IMG/VR virus record: IMGVR_UViG_3300046328_001165
Location: 28,684-92,683 of that record
Length of the DNA stretch: 64,000 bases
From: a virus
Reading direction: 5' to 3' (one strand)
The translations under genes were made by a program, and so were the position numbers. Below the pieces are notes generated by a model. It was given only the letters and a program-made list of their open reading frames with translations. It did no database searches and was not told where the DNA came from. Shown here in pieces: positions 1-9,025 of this stretch (position 1 is the first letter of the stretch; each line of letters begins with the position of its first letter).

Positions 1-1
1 A

Positions 2-649
2 AAGCTGATCCTCTTTATCAAAATACATAAACTCAACCACGCGATCGGTGGTTCTGAACAGTCCATTTTTAGGTTCGGTCAGAACTTCAACGTCTTGCAG
101 ATCCTTGTTAGGCGAGTTTGCGGCAACATAGTCTACGAACTTACAAGCTTGGATGAATCTGGAAATCCGAGACGAGTTATACCCCACCTTTTTGGCATAA
201 TCGGGCTGGGGCATCCCCGTCTCAACGCAGGTATAATAAGCCAGCCGAGCCAGCCTCCAGTTCTCCATTCTGCGCTGCGTGTTCAGGGTTGAAAGCTTGA
301 TTAGAGCGTCCTCTTCAGTCAACTCTTCATCCACGATCGCGGGAATGTAGTCTTGCTCAATCTCCCTAAGAACCCTCGTGAGCATCCACATAGCGACAAA
401 GCGATGGTTGCCTTCAACAGCCTGTAAGCGATCACCTACAGGTCTTAGCAACATAGGCTTATTAGGGTTGTAGCCCTGAACCCGTAAAAGCTCGATTAGC
501 GCTTCAACTTGAGCTTCTTCAACTTTTACTGGGTAGCCTAATATCTCACTGTATTTTTGCGAAACAGGGGCTGGATTCTGCGGATGGGTAACAATTAGGT
601 CGATAGGTGCTTTGACCAAGCTACCAGAGGGGAGTGGCTCGTAGGGCAT
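2..649 (-). CDS. ParB/Srx-like N-terminal domain plus HTH protein (partial, runs off left edge)
   Basis: Hand translation from ATG 649: ...HPQNP...PMLLRPVGDRLQAVEGNHRFVAM...IPAIV...LNTQR...QPDYAKKVGYNSSRISRFI; GxxR motif and HTH as in ParB; absent from the ORF track because it has no stop in the window. Confidence 0.8.
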   Translation of the reverse strand, partial: MPYEPLPSGSLVKAPIDLIVTHPQNPAPVSQKYSEILGYPVKVEEAQVEALIELLRVQGYNPNKPMLLRPVGDRLQAVEGNHRFVAMWMLTRVLREIEQDYIPAIVDEELTEEDALIKLSTLNTQRRMENWRLARLAYYTCVETGMPQPDYAKKVGYNSSRISRFIQACKFVDYVAANSPNKDLQDVEVLTEPKNGLFRTTDRVVEFMYFDKEDQL

Positions 650-680
650 GATGATTTTTCTTGATGATTCCGATCTGAAT

Positions 681-899
681 TTAGATTGAGATTTTAGCCG
701 CCGTAACCTTGGGGCGCGATCGCTTAATCTTCAATTGCTCTTCAAGCGCTAGGTATAACCTTATAGCTTGAGGCAAGATGATTTCTTCTTCGCTGTGAGA
801 GTGGAGGATTAGCACTAGCCCTGGTAACTCTACAACCGTAACTAGCAGCTCGCCACCCTCGCGGCTTTCTCTCACGATAGTACCACTGAAATTACTCAT
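681..899 (-). CDS. HicB-like small protein (degenerate)
   Basis: REGGELLVTVVELPGL...EEE...AIRLYL resembles the HicB N-terminal PdLPG...eEA..AI.ly pattern; ATGA overlap with upstream gene. Confidence 0.45.
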   Translation of the reverse strand: MSNFSGTIVRESREGGELLVTVVELPGLVLILHSHSEEEIILPQAIRLYLALEEQLKIKRSRPKVTAAKISI

Positions 900-1453
900 A
901 GATATTTACTCACACCTTCGGGAAAGGACAGACCTTCAGAGCAAAAAACGACCGCAATTTTATTGCGATCGCTGACGTGCCGATATTTTTGGATACCCTC
1001 GATGCTTCGACCTAGATATTGGTAGGGGGAAAAAGGATCGTTGCTTTCCGCCAAGGCATTTAGCTTGTTAGGGAAGAATGCCTCCATTGGTACGCCCAGA
1101 GCGATGCTAAACAATCTCAGTTCGACCGCTTGCATGATGCGATCGCTATTCTCGACCTTGGACATCCAAGACACGTCGCCCGAAACCTCTGTGTCTATGC
1201 CTACATCATGCAGGTCGTCCCGTAATTTGTTTAGGTCTGCGGCTAAATCTTTTTGTCGCTTACCTTGAAACTCTCGAAACTTGGTGAGGTTTGCAGCGAC
1301 ACCTATCTCTAGCGCGGTAACAACCTCTGAGAATGAGGTTATCTTGTGCATCTCATTGATGACATCTTGCTGACCGCAATCAGCGTCCGTGCGCTCCTCC
1401 TCCAACCTTCGCCCGACGTGGGCGCTAAGCCTGACCTTATTTTTTGCTGACAT
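896..1453 (-). CDS. XRE-family HTH transcriptional regulator
   Basis: KFREFQGKRQKDLAA...SWMSKVENSDR...ELRLFSIALGVPMEAFF is a typical XRE/cI HTH; divergent from the rightward arm. Confidence 0.7.
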   Translation of the reverse strand: MSAKNKVRLSAHVGRRLEEERTDADCGQQDVINEMHKITSFSEVVTALEIGVAANLTKFREFQGKRQKDLAADLNKLRDDLHDVGIDTEVSGDVSWMSKVENSDRIMQAVELRLFSIALGVPMEAFFPNKLNALAESNDPFSPYQYLGRSIEGIQKYRHVSDRNKIAVVFCSEGLSFPEGVSKYL

Positions 1454-1508
1454 ATTTTAACTGGTAACTCTATCTAGATTCTCGCACCGAAACGTGGCTT
1501 TATGGCGG

Positions 1509-1523
1509 TTTTGTGGTAGTATT
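1509..1523 (+). promoter_or_regulatory. Extended -10-like / operator motif TTTTGTGGTAGTATT
   Basis: Identical 15-mer on the - strand at 37890-37904; both copies lie just upstream of a co-oriented gene. Confidence 0.5.
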
Positions 1524-1545
1524 CAAGAAAATTAGGAGAAATCTC

Positions 1546-2001
1546 ATGGGCGATAAAGTGGATTTGAACTTGCGGTTGAAGGTGGCGACTTTTGATGGCT
1601 ATCACGATTTTCGCACTCACATGCCGCAGAACAGGATTAGCGCGAGAGAAGATGTTGGCGGTAGATTTATAGAGGTTCCCTATTACGAGCTTTCTCTTGA
1701 TGTGATCGCCGAAGCTTGCGATCGGCACAATATAGGCTTTAGTCTTAAAGGGGCTGTGGATGCTAAAGAGGGGTACGAGTATGTTGCTACCTGCACGAAT
1801 GCCGAGCCCATAAGTGGCGCTGGATCTACCAGAGCGATCGCTGTATGCCACTTATTTGTCGCTGTCATGACTGAGCGATCGCTGGAGAAGGAAAGGGCTA
1901 TGAAGCGCGATCGCCTCGGCAGGAAGATCGCCGAAGAAGCGTTAGAGATGGCTTCTCAGTGCCTTGATTTTGAGCAGGTCTATACTCCTTCGTTTTTTTG
2001 A
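1546..2001 (+). CDS. Phage ABA-sandwich-like protein
   Basis: VPYYELSLDVI...GSTRAIAVCHLFVAV; AGGAG SD before ATG 1546; paralog of next gene. Confidence 0.55.
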   Translation: MGDKVDLNLRLKVATFDGYHDFRTHMPQNRISAREDVGGRFIEVPYYELSLDVIAEACDRHNIGFSLKGAVDAKEGYEYVATCTNAEPISGAGSTRAIAVCHLFVAVMTERSLEKERAMKRDRLGRKIAEEALEMASQCLDFEQVYTPSFF

Positions 2002-2590
2002 CGCGATTGGTTTACGCAAAAAAGTTGCGGCACTGGCTGGTTGGGTTGATATTTGCCATCACTCAACAGTGGGCAGTCATGAGCTACTCGCAAAACGTCA
2101 AAAAGGTTCTGATATTTCTCAGGTTCCTCGCTATGAGGAAAGTTTTGACGCGATCGCTTCGTTACTGTCTGGGTACGGCATATTGTTTACCCTTAGCGGT
2201 ATGGAGGATATGCCCACTTTGGTGGGTAATACCCCTCCAACACTGATCTACAGAGAGATTGGGACTGAGATTGAGGGGCGTGGCAAAACAGAGGCGATCG
2301 CTCTATGCAGCCTTTTTATCGCTGTGATGAGTAGTCCTTCCGTGGAATCCATTCCTAGCGATCACTATCGAGAGTCCTCAATCAAGCAGGCGTTAATAAA
2401 GATTGGAACTCCTTTTACCCGAACTATTCTTCAGCACATAAGGGAGAAAGCCAGTTCGCAGACTAACTCTTGGGGTGGGCTTGATTGGGTTGAAGCGCAT
2501 CGGGATATATCTCGCGCTGCCGACAGGCTTGACGCGATGCTAGCCAGAAAGGAGTTGATTGAGCTTACCTTTCAAACCGAGGCAGGTTAA
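1964..2590 (+). CDS. Phage ABA-sandwich-like protein (paralog)
   Basis: LRKKVAALAGW...VPRYEESFDAI...GKTEAIALCSLFIAV aligns to the preceding ORF. Confidence 0.55.
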   Translation: MILSRSILLRFFDAIGLRKKVAALAGWVDICHHSTVGSHELLAKRQKGSDISQVPRYEESFDAIASLLSGYGILFTLSGMEDMPTLVGNTPPTLIYREIGTEIEGRGKTEAIALCSLFIAVMSSPSVESIPSDHYRESSIKQALIKIGTPFTRTILQHIREKASSQTNSWGGLDWVEAHRDISRAADRLDAMLARKELIELTFQTEAG

Positions 2591-2640
2591 TCGCTAATTT
2601 CCACAAAACTGAATAGTACTCTTGACAGAAAGAGAAAGTA

Positions 2641-4155
2641 ATGCCATTGAACCGAGTTATCGAGCCAATGGCATTTCGTTTTGATGATGTAAGTTTTGCG
2701 ACACGCACTGAGATGCGTGAGGACGGTCTGTATGCATACAGCACCGTTTGTCGTGACGGGATACTAACGTATTTCCGAGGTGACGGCAAGCGAGTCCGTG
2801 AATTGCGACCTGCTTCGGCAAACCGCGATCGCGACTTCCTTGAAGCGCTGAAAGATCTGCCGATGACCGTCGAACATCCGACCTCTTTATTAAGGGGGAA
2901 ACGAGATAGTTCTATTGGTGAGTTAACAAGGGCGGGTGAGTACAACGATTCTGAGGGGGTTGTACAGAATATTGCCCGAATCTCTAACCCCGACTTTGCT
3001 CAGTCTGTAAGGGCTGGCAAAAAGAACGGTTTGAGCCTTGGGTATGAATGCGAAATTGTTGAAGCTCCTGGCGGGGTCTGGTTCGATGCGATCGACCAGA
3101 TTACCTATAAGGGCGATTTCGATCGCGTTCAAACCAAGATTCGACCAGACCATTGCGCCGCAACCGACAACCCACGCGGGGGGAGCGATGTCAGGATGCA
3201 CCTAGACAGCGCCGATACCGATGAGGACTCAGTTGTTGGTCTAGAGCGGTTTGACTCAATCCAAGTTGACCGTCCTAGTCCGAACAGCGTTGTTGTTATT
3301 TCCACAAACAAAAATGAGGGTAGCTCCGCTATGTCCGATTTAAAGACGAAAACCTTGCGCGTGGATGGCGCTGATTATTTGGTGGAGGAAGTAGCAGCCT
3401 ACCCTCTAAGTCAAAAGCTTGCCGAACTATCCACAATTAAAGCGCGTGTAGATTCTCTTGAGGCTGAACTCAAAGAGAGGATCGATACTATTGGCGAACT
3501 CACTTCTGATGTTAACCGCGCCAAGGGTCGTGCCGACGCTCTTGAAGATGAGTTAACCGAAACACTATCCGAGCTTGAAACCGCCCGTGCCGACGGAGAA
3601 AAGATGGCTAAGGAAGACGAAGAAGGTGATGAAGATGAAGACGGCGATGAAATGCCCGACTTTATCAAGAAAAAGATGAAGAAGAAGATGAAGTCTGGCG
3701 AGAAGATGGATGCCTCTGATCTGGCAATCATCCTCGACTCTGACCAAGTTCGTGAATTTATAGCCGAAGAAATTAACAACCAGACCGCAGATCGTCTTCA
3801 CGCTATTGGCAAAGCCAATGATTTACTTTCCGCTAAGGGGGTAAAGATTGAGGACGCGGGTATCGTAACCACGATGGATTCTACCGAGATTCGTCGGGCT
3901 GCGCTCAAAGCTATCAATCCTGATAGTGATCTAAGCGATCGCAACGACAGCTACATCGAAGCTCGCTTTGATAGCGCTGTTGAGTATGCTGCTCAAGCCC
4001 CTGCTACTAGCCATGCTGATCGTCTTGAGACCGCCGTAAAAGCTGGACGCACTACTCGTGGTGATTCTGAGCAGAAGAAGGATGCAGCAGAAGCCAACAA
4101 CGAGCGCTACGGTGAGAACCACAAAAAGCCCTTAACTCGTTCTACCAAGAAATAG
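2641..4155 (+). CDS. DUF2213 prohead protease/scaffold protein
   Basis: DGLY...RDGILTY...ELRP...LPMTVEHP...GLSLGYEC...QTKIRPDHCAA..PRGG N-terminal domain, then acidic coiled-coil scaffold; upstream of capsid genes. Confidence 0.85.
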   Translation: MPLNRVIEPMAFRFDDVSFATRTEMREDGLYAYSTVCRDGILTYFRGDGKRVRELRPASANRDRDFLEALKDLPMTVEHPTSLLRGKRDSSIGELTRAGEYNDSEGVVQNIARISNPDFAQSVRAGKKNGLSLGYECEIVEAPGGVWFDAIDQITYKGDFDRVQTKIRPDHCAATDNPRGGSDVRMHLDSADTDEDSVVGLERFDSIQVDRPSPNSVVVISTNKNEGSSAMSDLKTKTLRVDGADYLVEEVAAYPLSQKLAELSTIKARVDSLEAELKERIDTIGELTSDVNRAKGRADALEDELTETLSELETARADGEKMAKEDEEGDEDEDGDEMPDFIKKKMKKKMKSGEKMDASDLAIILDSDQVREFIAEEINNQTADRLHAIGKANDLLSAKGVKIEDAGIVTTMDSTEIRRAALKAINPDSDLSDRNDSYIEARFDSAVEYAAQAPATSHADRLETAVKAGRTTRGDSEQKKDAAEANNERYGENHKKPLTRSTKK

Positions 4156-4168
4156 GAGCAACTAGAAA

Positions 4169-5041
4169 ATGCAAAAGAATTATCGCCAGTATTTTACTCA
4201 GGCTCTCGCTGGAATGGTTGAGGGTATGGGTGTCGGCTCCGTTGAAGCTTATCACAACGACAGCGGCTACACCAAGGAAGTTTGGACGGTTACAACCCCT
4301 GTAACTCCCGTAACAGCAACCCTGTATAGCATCACTTTGTATGACAAGGACACCTCTGATAGCCCTATCACCATCTCTTTCACGACCGCTTCAACCTCTC
4401 GCGCCGATCTAGCAACAGGCTTGTTTAACGCTTTCCGCGCTAACCTTCGCGCTAGTCAGATCACTTCTGTGGTTAACGGTACTTCTACCCTGACCTTTAC
4501 CCATCGCAAAGACAACACCCCAATGTTTGTCAGTGTTGGCGGCGGCGGCGCAGCTCCATTGACCGTGCCTACCACTCCAACCACCGCAGCGGCAGCGCCA
4601 ACCCGCATTCTTTTTGGTGTATTTCTCACCAAAGTTGCTGGCGTAGCTCCCCGCGTTGTGGGCAACCTGACTGGCGGCAGCATTCGCCTCCCTAATGCTG
4701 GAGATGCGATTACTGCAATTTGTGGTCTAGCTCGCTTAAACACCTCCGTTCAAAAGGATGTTGTTGGCGAATTGGCAACCGCAGGTTACGAAGCCAATCA
4801 GTTGGCGGTTGATGTTCAGCGCCGATTGGGAGATCTCTCAGGTATGTGGGTTCCTACGCTGGAAACCAGCATTCTTGAGTCCGATCCTGTCTACATCTCT
4901 GTTGCCGCTGGTTCTAAGGGCTTTGCCCAGAAGACCAATGCTAACAGCGCGATCGACGCTTCAAGCCGCGCTTTTTTCCGCTCTGATGTTGTTACAGACA
5001 TCAACAACAATCGAGTTGTTCTAGTTTACGCAAACTTCTAG
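4169..5041 (+). CDS. Capsid decoration/cement protein
   Basis: MQKNY...ALAGM start and FG...MWV...DPVY motifs; lies between DUF2213 and MCP; highly expressed codon style; Thr-rich insert. Confidence 0.7.
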   Translation: MQKNYRQYFTQALAGMVEGMGVGSVEAYHNDSGYTKEVWTVTTPVTPVTATLYSITLYDKDTSDSPITISFTTASTSRADLATGLFNAFRANLRASQITSVVNGTSTLTFTHRKDNTPMFVSVGGGGAAPLTVPTTPTTAAAAPTRILFGVFLTKVAGVAPRVVGNLTGGSIRLPNAGDAITAICGLARLNTSVQKDVVGELATAGYEANQLAVDVQRRLGDLSGMWVPTLETSILESDPVYISVAAGSKGFAQKTNANSAIDASSRAFFRSDVVTDINNNRVVLVYANF

Positions 5042-5051
5042 GAGGAGTCCA

Positions 5052-5957
5052 ATGGCTACTGAAATTAAAAACGATGACTGGTCAGTGGGCTACTTTAAAG
5101 AGCAGCTCGTTGAACTTGAGCAGACGATGGAAAAAGAAGAGTACGAAGAGCTTTATTGGGCTAATGGTACTCTCGTTCCTCGCGAGGACTGGAATAAGCC
5201 TTGGCTTGAAGAAACTGGCTACCGCAAGGTGACTGGTATCGGTCGGTGGGAAGCTGCTCGCGATTACACTACTCACGTCCCTAACGTTGAGATCGTATCG
5301 AGAGAGTTCCGCCAGCGCGTTTCCGAGCACATCGGTGGCTACACTGTTAACGACAAAGAGCTTGAGCTTTCTCAGCAATTTGGCACAGGCATTGACGCTG
5401 AGAAAGTTCAGATCGTGCTTGAGGCGGGTCAGCAATATCTCGATAAGATGGTATTCCTTGGTGATGGGCAGCTTCGTGGCTTCTTCAACCACCCTGACAC
5501 CCTGAAGTCTTATTCAGCGTATCGCTTTGACAGCAATGCTACTGTTGCTCAGATGCTGGCTGTGTTGAACGACACTGGCAACTCTATGCGTCGCTTGACT
5601 CGTAATATCGAGACCCCCGACACCATCTTGTTTGCTCAGGCTGTTCACGACGAAATCAGCTTCCGTCGTTTGTCCGACTTCAATAGCGACTCGGTTCTTG
5701 ACTATTACCTCAGTAAAGCGACTTACATCAAAGATGTAATGGCTTTACTACCTCTTGAGGGTGTTGGTGATGGTAATTCCAACGTGTCCTGCTATTACAA
5801 GCGCGACCCCAAGAAGATCAAGTTCCGCATCACCGAGCCCTTCCAATTCAAGAAGTGGATCGAACTTCCTCGCGGTATGCAGCGCACTGCTCGCATGAGG
5901 TACGGTGGATTGATCATCAAACGCCCTTACTCTGTGAACTGGGTTCACGGCATGTAA
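5052..5957 (+). CDS. Major capsid protein (DUF2184, HK97 fold)
   Basis: FLGDGQLRGFFNHP, PDTILF, RYGGLIIKRPYS motifs; GGAGG SD. Confidence 0.85.
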   Translation: MATEIKNDDWSVGYFKEQLVELEQTMEKEEYEELYWANGTLVPREDWNKPWLEETGYRKVTGIGRWEAARDYTTHVPNVEIVSREFRQRVSEHIGGYTVNDKELELSQQFGTGIDAEKVQIVLEAGQQYLDKMVFLGDGQLRGFFNHPDTLKSYSAYRFDSNATVAQMLAVLNDTGNSMRRLTRNIETPDTILFAQAVHDEISFRRLSDFNSDSVLDYYLSKATYIKDVMALLPLEGVGDGNSNVSCYYKRDPKKIKFRITEPFQFKKWIELPRGMQRTARMRYGGLIIKRPYSVNWVHGM

Positions 5958-5969
5958 ATGGCGATCGCC

Positions 5970-6006
5970 AATATCGAGTGTGGACATATCCACACTCGAT
6001 ATTTTT
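5970..6006 (+). terminator. Intrinsic terminator after MCP
   Basis: AATATCGAGTGTGGA-cata-TCCACACTCGATATT (15-bp stem) followed by T run. Confidence 0.75.
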
Positions 6007-6020
6007 GTATCTATTGAGCT

Positions 6021-6458
6021 ATGAAACAGAACCCCGATCACCTCCTCCTTAACGCGCCATTTCTGCGGAATTTTACCTACAGCGATCGCGTAATCGTCGG
6101 AACCATCGCCGACGAGTTTGATGTGGTAGTCAAAAACCACGCCGACACTATCCTTCACGCCAATCGCAATCACATTGGCGAGAGGGGCGTAATCATGTCC
6201 TGCTTTAGCGACCAATTCGGTTTGATCGCAAGGTTTATGAAGCCAGAGACACTGCGAGAACAGGCTGAGGAAGTTCAGGGCGAATCCTATGACGTACTGA
6301 CTACTTACGATCCGCTTGAGGCAATCGCAATAATGCATATCGGCTGGGACAGCCAACCCCACACCGAAGCGGTATTAATTACGAAGCTTCAAGAGTATGT
6401 AGCCAAAAGCAATACTCTGCAAAAACCGAAGTCAGACATCCTTTATTTACCCGCATAA
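6021..6458 (+). CDS. Hypothetical protein
   Basis: 145-aa ORF filling the gap after the MCP terminator. Confidence 0.65.
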   Translation: MKQNPDHLLLNAPFLRNFTYSDRVIVGTIADEFDVVVKNHADTILHANRNHIGERGVIMSCFSDQFGLIARFMKPETLREQAEEVQGESYDVLTTYDPLEAIAIMHIGWDSQPHTEAVLITKLQEYVAKSNTLQKPKSDILYLPA

Positions 6459-6469
6459 CAGAAGAAATC

Positions 6470-7078
6470 ATGCCAGAAGATATCAAAGAAACAGCACCTA
6501 AAGGGAAAGCCTCCGCAGTCGCCTTGGCGGAGCCACCAGCCCCAGAAGTTACGACTGAAGATCCAGATTCCTATGTAATTTGGCTATTTAAGCATAGCGA
6601 GCTCCGCAATGCGCCATTCTGTATTCAGTTTCCCCCCAACGATCGCGCTAGAGATATTCTTGCCGATGTTAACGTGCCAAAGGGGATGAGTTCATTGCCA
6701 TTAACAAGCGAGTGGATTAACTTTGGTCCCAACAAGCTCAAGCTTAGCGTCGTGAGAGCAATTCAGTCCCACCCAGCCAGTGCCGCTCACGTTGAGCGCC
6801 TTGTCAAAGAAGGTCTACTGCAAATCATGACTCCCGATCGCGCAGATATTGAAGGCATCTCTAACGACACTGCAATGTCGATCCATTTCACCGAAGAAAA
6901 GGCGATCGCGTTGGTTAACGCCTCTTACGATAAGGCTGAGCTGGAACTTTGGAACAGCCGCGAATCCTCTGCCCGTCCCAACGTCTCTCGCTCGATCACA
7001 GCAAGACTCAAGGCGATAAGAGAAGATGAGGAGGAAAGCCTCCGCAGTGCTGAACGCGCTCACGTAGATACGGTCTAA
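6470..7078 (+). CDS. Hypothetical head-module protein
   Basis: 202-aa ORF; C-terminal helical motif typical of the gene between MCP and adaptor. Confidence 0.65.
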   Translation: MPEDIKETAPKGKASAVALAEPPAPEVTTEDPDSYVIWLFKHSELRNAPFCIQFPPNDRARDILADVNVPKGMSSLPLTSEWINFGPNKLKLSVVRAIQSHPASAAHVERLVKEGLLQIMTPDRADIEGISNDTAMSIHFTEEKAIALVNASYDKAELELWNSRESSARPNVSRSITARLKAIREDEEESLRSAERAHVDTV

Positions 7079-7082
7079 ATAC

Positions 7083-7502
7083 ATGGCAACATTCCCCGTC
7101 GTTACCTCAGACACCTTTACCTCCGACGCTACGTTTTCGGATTTTATTGGTGAGTCACCAACCTTTATCCAGAGTTGGCTAAACGTTTATTCGCGTTTCT
7201 GCTCGATCGAAGAGTGGGGTGATAATGCGGAAATGGCGGTAATGTTGCTGACCGCCCACTATTTAGCTCTAAACACTGAAGAAGGTACGGTCACGATTTC
7301 CAATGCCAAGGCGATCGATACTGGCGAGTCTATGTCGAATAGACGGACTTCAACCCCCGCCAACAGTAACGGCAAATTCTCCGATGTCTATCTATCGCGA
7401 ACTACCTATGGGCAGCAACTCTTGATGATCAAGGAATTGATATTGTCGGGTGGTTTTATGGGTGACAGTATCCCTGCCGTGCCGCCGTTTATTGCTTTCT
7501 AG
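7083..7502 (+). CDS. DUF4054 head-tail adaptor
   Basis: WG...LLTAHYLAL...YLSRTTYGQQLL signature. Confidence 0.75.
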   Translation: MATFPVVTSDTFTSDATFSDFIGESPTFIQSWLNVYSRFCSIEEWGDNAEMAVMLLTAHYLALNTEEGTVTISNAKAIDTGESMSNRRTSTPANSNGKFSDVYLSRTTYGQQLLMIKELILSGGFMGDSIPAVPPFIAF

Positions 7503-7530
7503 CCTCATGTACCACGAGTACAATGAGATC

Positions 7531-7562
7531 AAAAGCCCTAGAGAATCTTCTCTAGGGCTTTT
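7531..7562. terminator. Bidirectional intrinsic terminator
   Basis: AAAAGCCCTAGAGAA...TTCTCTAGGGCTTTT between convergent genes. Confidence 0.75.
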
Positions 7563-7592
7563 GCGATAGATTATACTGCGGCAATATCTTCT

Positions 7593-8069
7593 CTAGCCAA
7601 AGATTTCCTTTCTCCTTTCTTTGCTCAGGGACATCACCTCTTTGCGCGATACGTCTTTCCCTGTGGCGACAGACTTGGCGATTGCGCCTACAACCTTTAT
7701 GTCGTCCGTAACTGCGGTAGCAGATCTCTTGACTACATTTTTAGCGGCTCTCGCCACACTGCCAACACCACTTTTGACTTCACCTAAGTTCTGCTTTCTC
7801 TCTTGGCTTAAATCGTTAGTTCTACCTCCAAGTAATCTGAGATCGTCTTTTACCGCCTCAGCGGATCTCCCTACCACTTTTTTTTACGGCAGAGCCAAGA
7901 CCACCAGATCCTACCTTACACTTTTCAAGCATAGGTATACAGCGCGAACCACAGGGTTTATTGCCAATCTTGCATTTTGGTGCGTCCTCCCTTTTTTTTT
8001 TATCGAAGCCTCTGCATCTATACGCACTTGGAACTGGGAGATCGCGTATTTAACACTAGAATTAGACAC
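7593..8069 (-). pseudogene. Frameshifted member of the RxD/Cys4 modular family
   Basis: GAGGA SD plus GTG 8069; correcting A10 (7992-8001) and A8 (7878-7885) by one base each yields ...KREDAPKCKIGNKPCGSRCIPMLEKCKVG...VVGRSAEAVKDD. Confidence 0.7.
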
Positions 8070-8208
8070 GGTATAATCCTCAACGTTGATATAAGCAATT
8101 AAGACTTGTCGATTAGCAAAAAATACCACTTAATCTCAATTAGCGATCACACTATTAATATCTACGGCGATCGCTAATCTCCCAAGAAGGCTGCTTGTCC
8201 ACACATTC

Positions 8209-8613
8209 GTGCCGAACAATATCGTTATGTCGCTAGCTAACAAGATCACCACGAAACTTCAAGGATTGCGCGATCGCCTCGCAGGAGGTGCGATCGGTGC
8301 GCCTAATGTGTTGCCATTGACAGTTGTGACTCGCACCGCATCGGGTGAAACCAGTCTTGAAATCTTGCCGCATCCCACGATTCTGCGGGTAAACCCTAAA
8401 ACTGTAGCCCTGTTTGAAAGTACCAATATCAAGGTTGGTGTTGACGATTTTCAGATCAGCGGTATATCTGCGGCGTACACCGAGGCTCAGCTTACGGGCA
8501 AGGGTAAATATTACATCGTTGATGGGCGAATCAAGTGCAACGAGGTGATGGGCACTATCGAGAATAAGAGTTTTTCTTGGGAAATTATTTTGACGAGGAT
8601 GCCAAACAGATGA
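8209..8613 (+). CDS. Putative head-closure/head-tail joining protein
   Basis: 134 aa, beta-rich, near the adaptor gene; positional inference. Confidence 0.5.
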   Translation: MPNNIVMSLANKITTKLQGLRDRLAGGAIGAPNVLPLTVVTRTASGETSLEILPHPTILRVNPKTVALFESTNIKVGVDDFQISGISAAYTEAQLTGKGKYYIVDGRIKCNEVMGTIENKSFSWEIILTRMPNR

Positions 8614-9023
8614 ACACCATTTACGCAAGAATTGACACTCTTATTGACCAGCTCCGCGAAGATGCAAAGTGCGGATCGGGCAGTAAATCCTGCGGCAAGG
8701 TCTGCATCCCCCAAGAGAAGAATTGCTTAGGCGAAACAGCAAAAGCTTTTGGTGGTGGTGCGGCTCAAGCCCTTGCGGGTCCACTTGGCAGTGGCACTTA
8801 TCGGGCGTTGAGATCGCAGGGTCGTAGTCGAAGGACTTCTATTGCGGGTGCGATCGGAGCGAATGTAGCCGCTTCTGTGGGCAGTGTAGCTCTCGCTTCT
8901 TATGCGATGAACAAGGCTAAAGAAGGGCTTCGAGATCCTGTTAACAAGGGTGTAAGTCTTGGCAAAGGTATAACCAAGATGGCTGACAAAGATTTCGAGA
9001 AAGCCAAGAAAAAGGGTAAGTAA
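8610..9023 (+). CDS. RxD/Cys4 modular protein (putative internal head protein)
   Basis: ATGA overlap at 8610; MNTIYARIDTLIDQLREDAKCGSGSKSCGKVCIPQEKNC plus Gly/Ala helices. Confidence 0.7.
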   Translation: MNTIYARIDTLIDQLREDAKCGSGSKSCGKVCIPQEKNCLGETAKAFGGGAAQALAGPLGSGTYRALRSQGRSRRTSIAGAIGANVAASVGSVALASYAMNKAKEGLRDPVNKGVSLGKGITKMADKDFEKAKKKGK

Positions 9024-9025
9024 TT

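Noticed and set aside
5052-5957. Encapsulin nanocompartment
   Set aside because: DUF2184 is encapsulin-related, but the context (protease, adaptor, TMP, tail) is a phage head
7621-8076. 151-aa plus-strand ORF
   Set aside because: Mirror of the minus-strand frameshifted Cys4 gene
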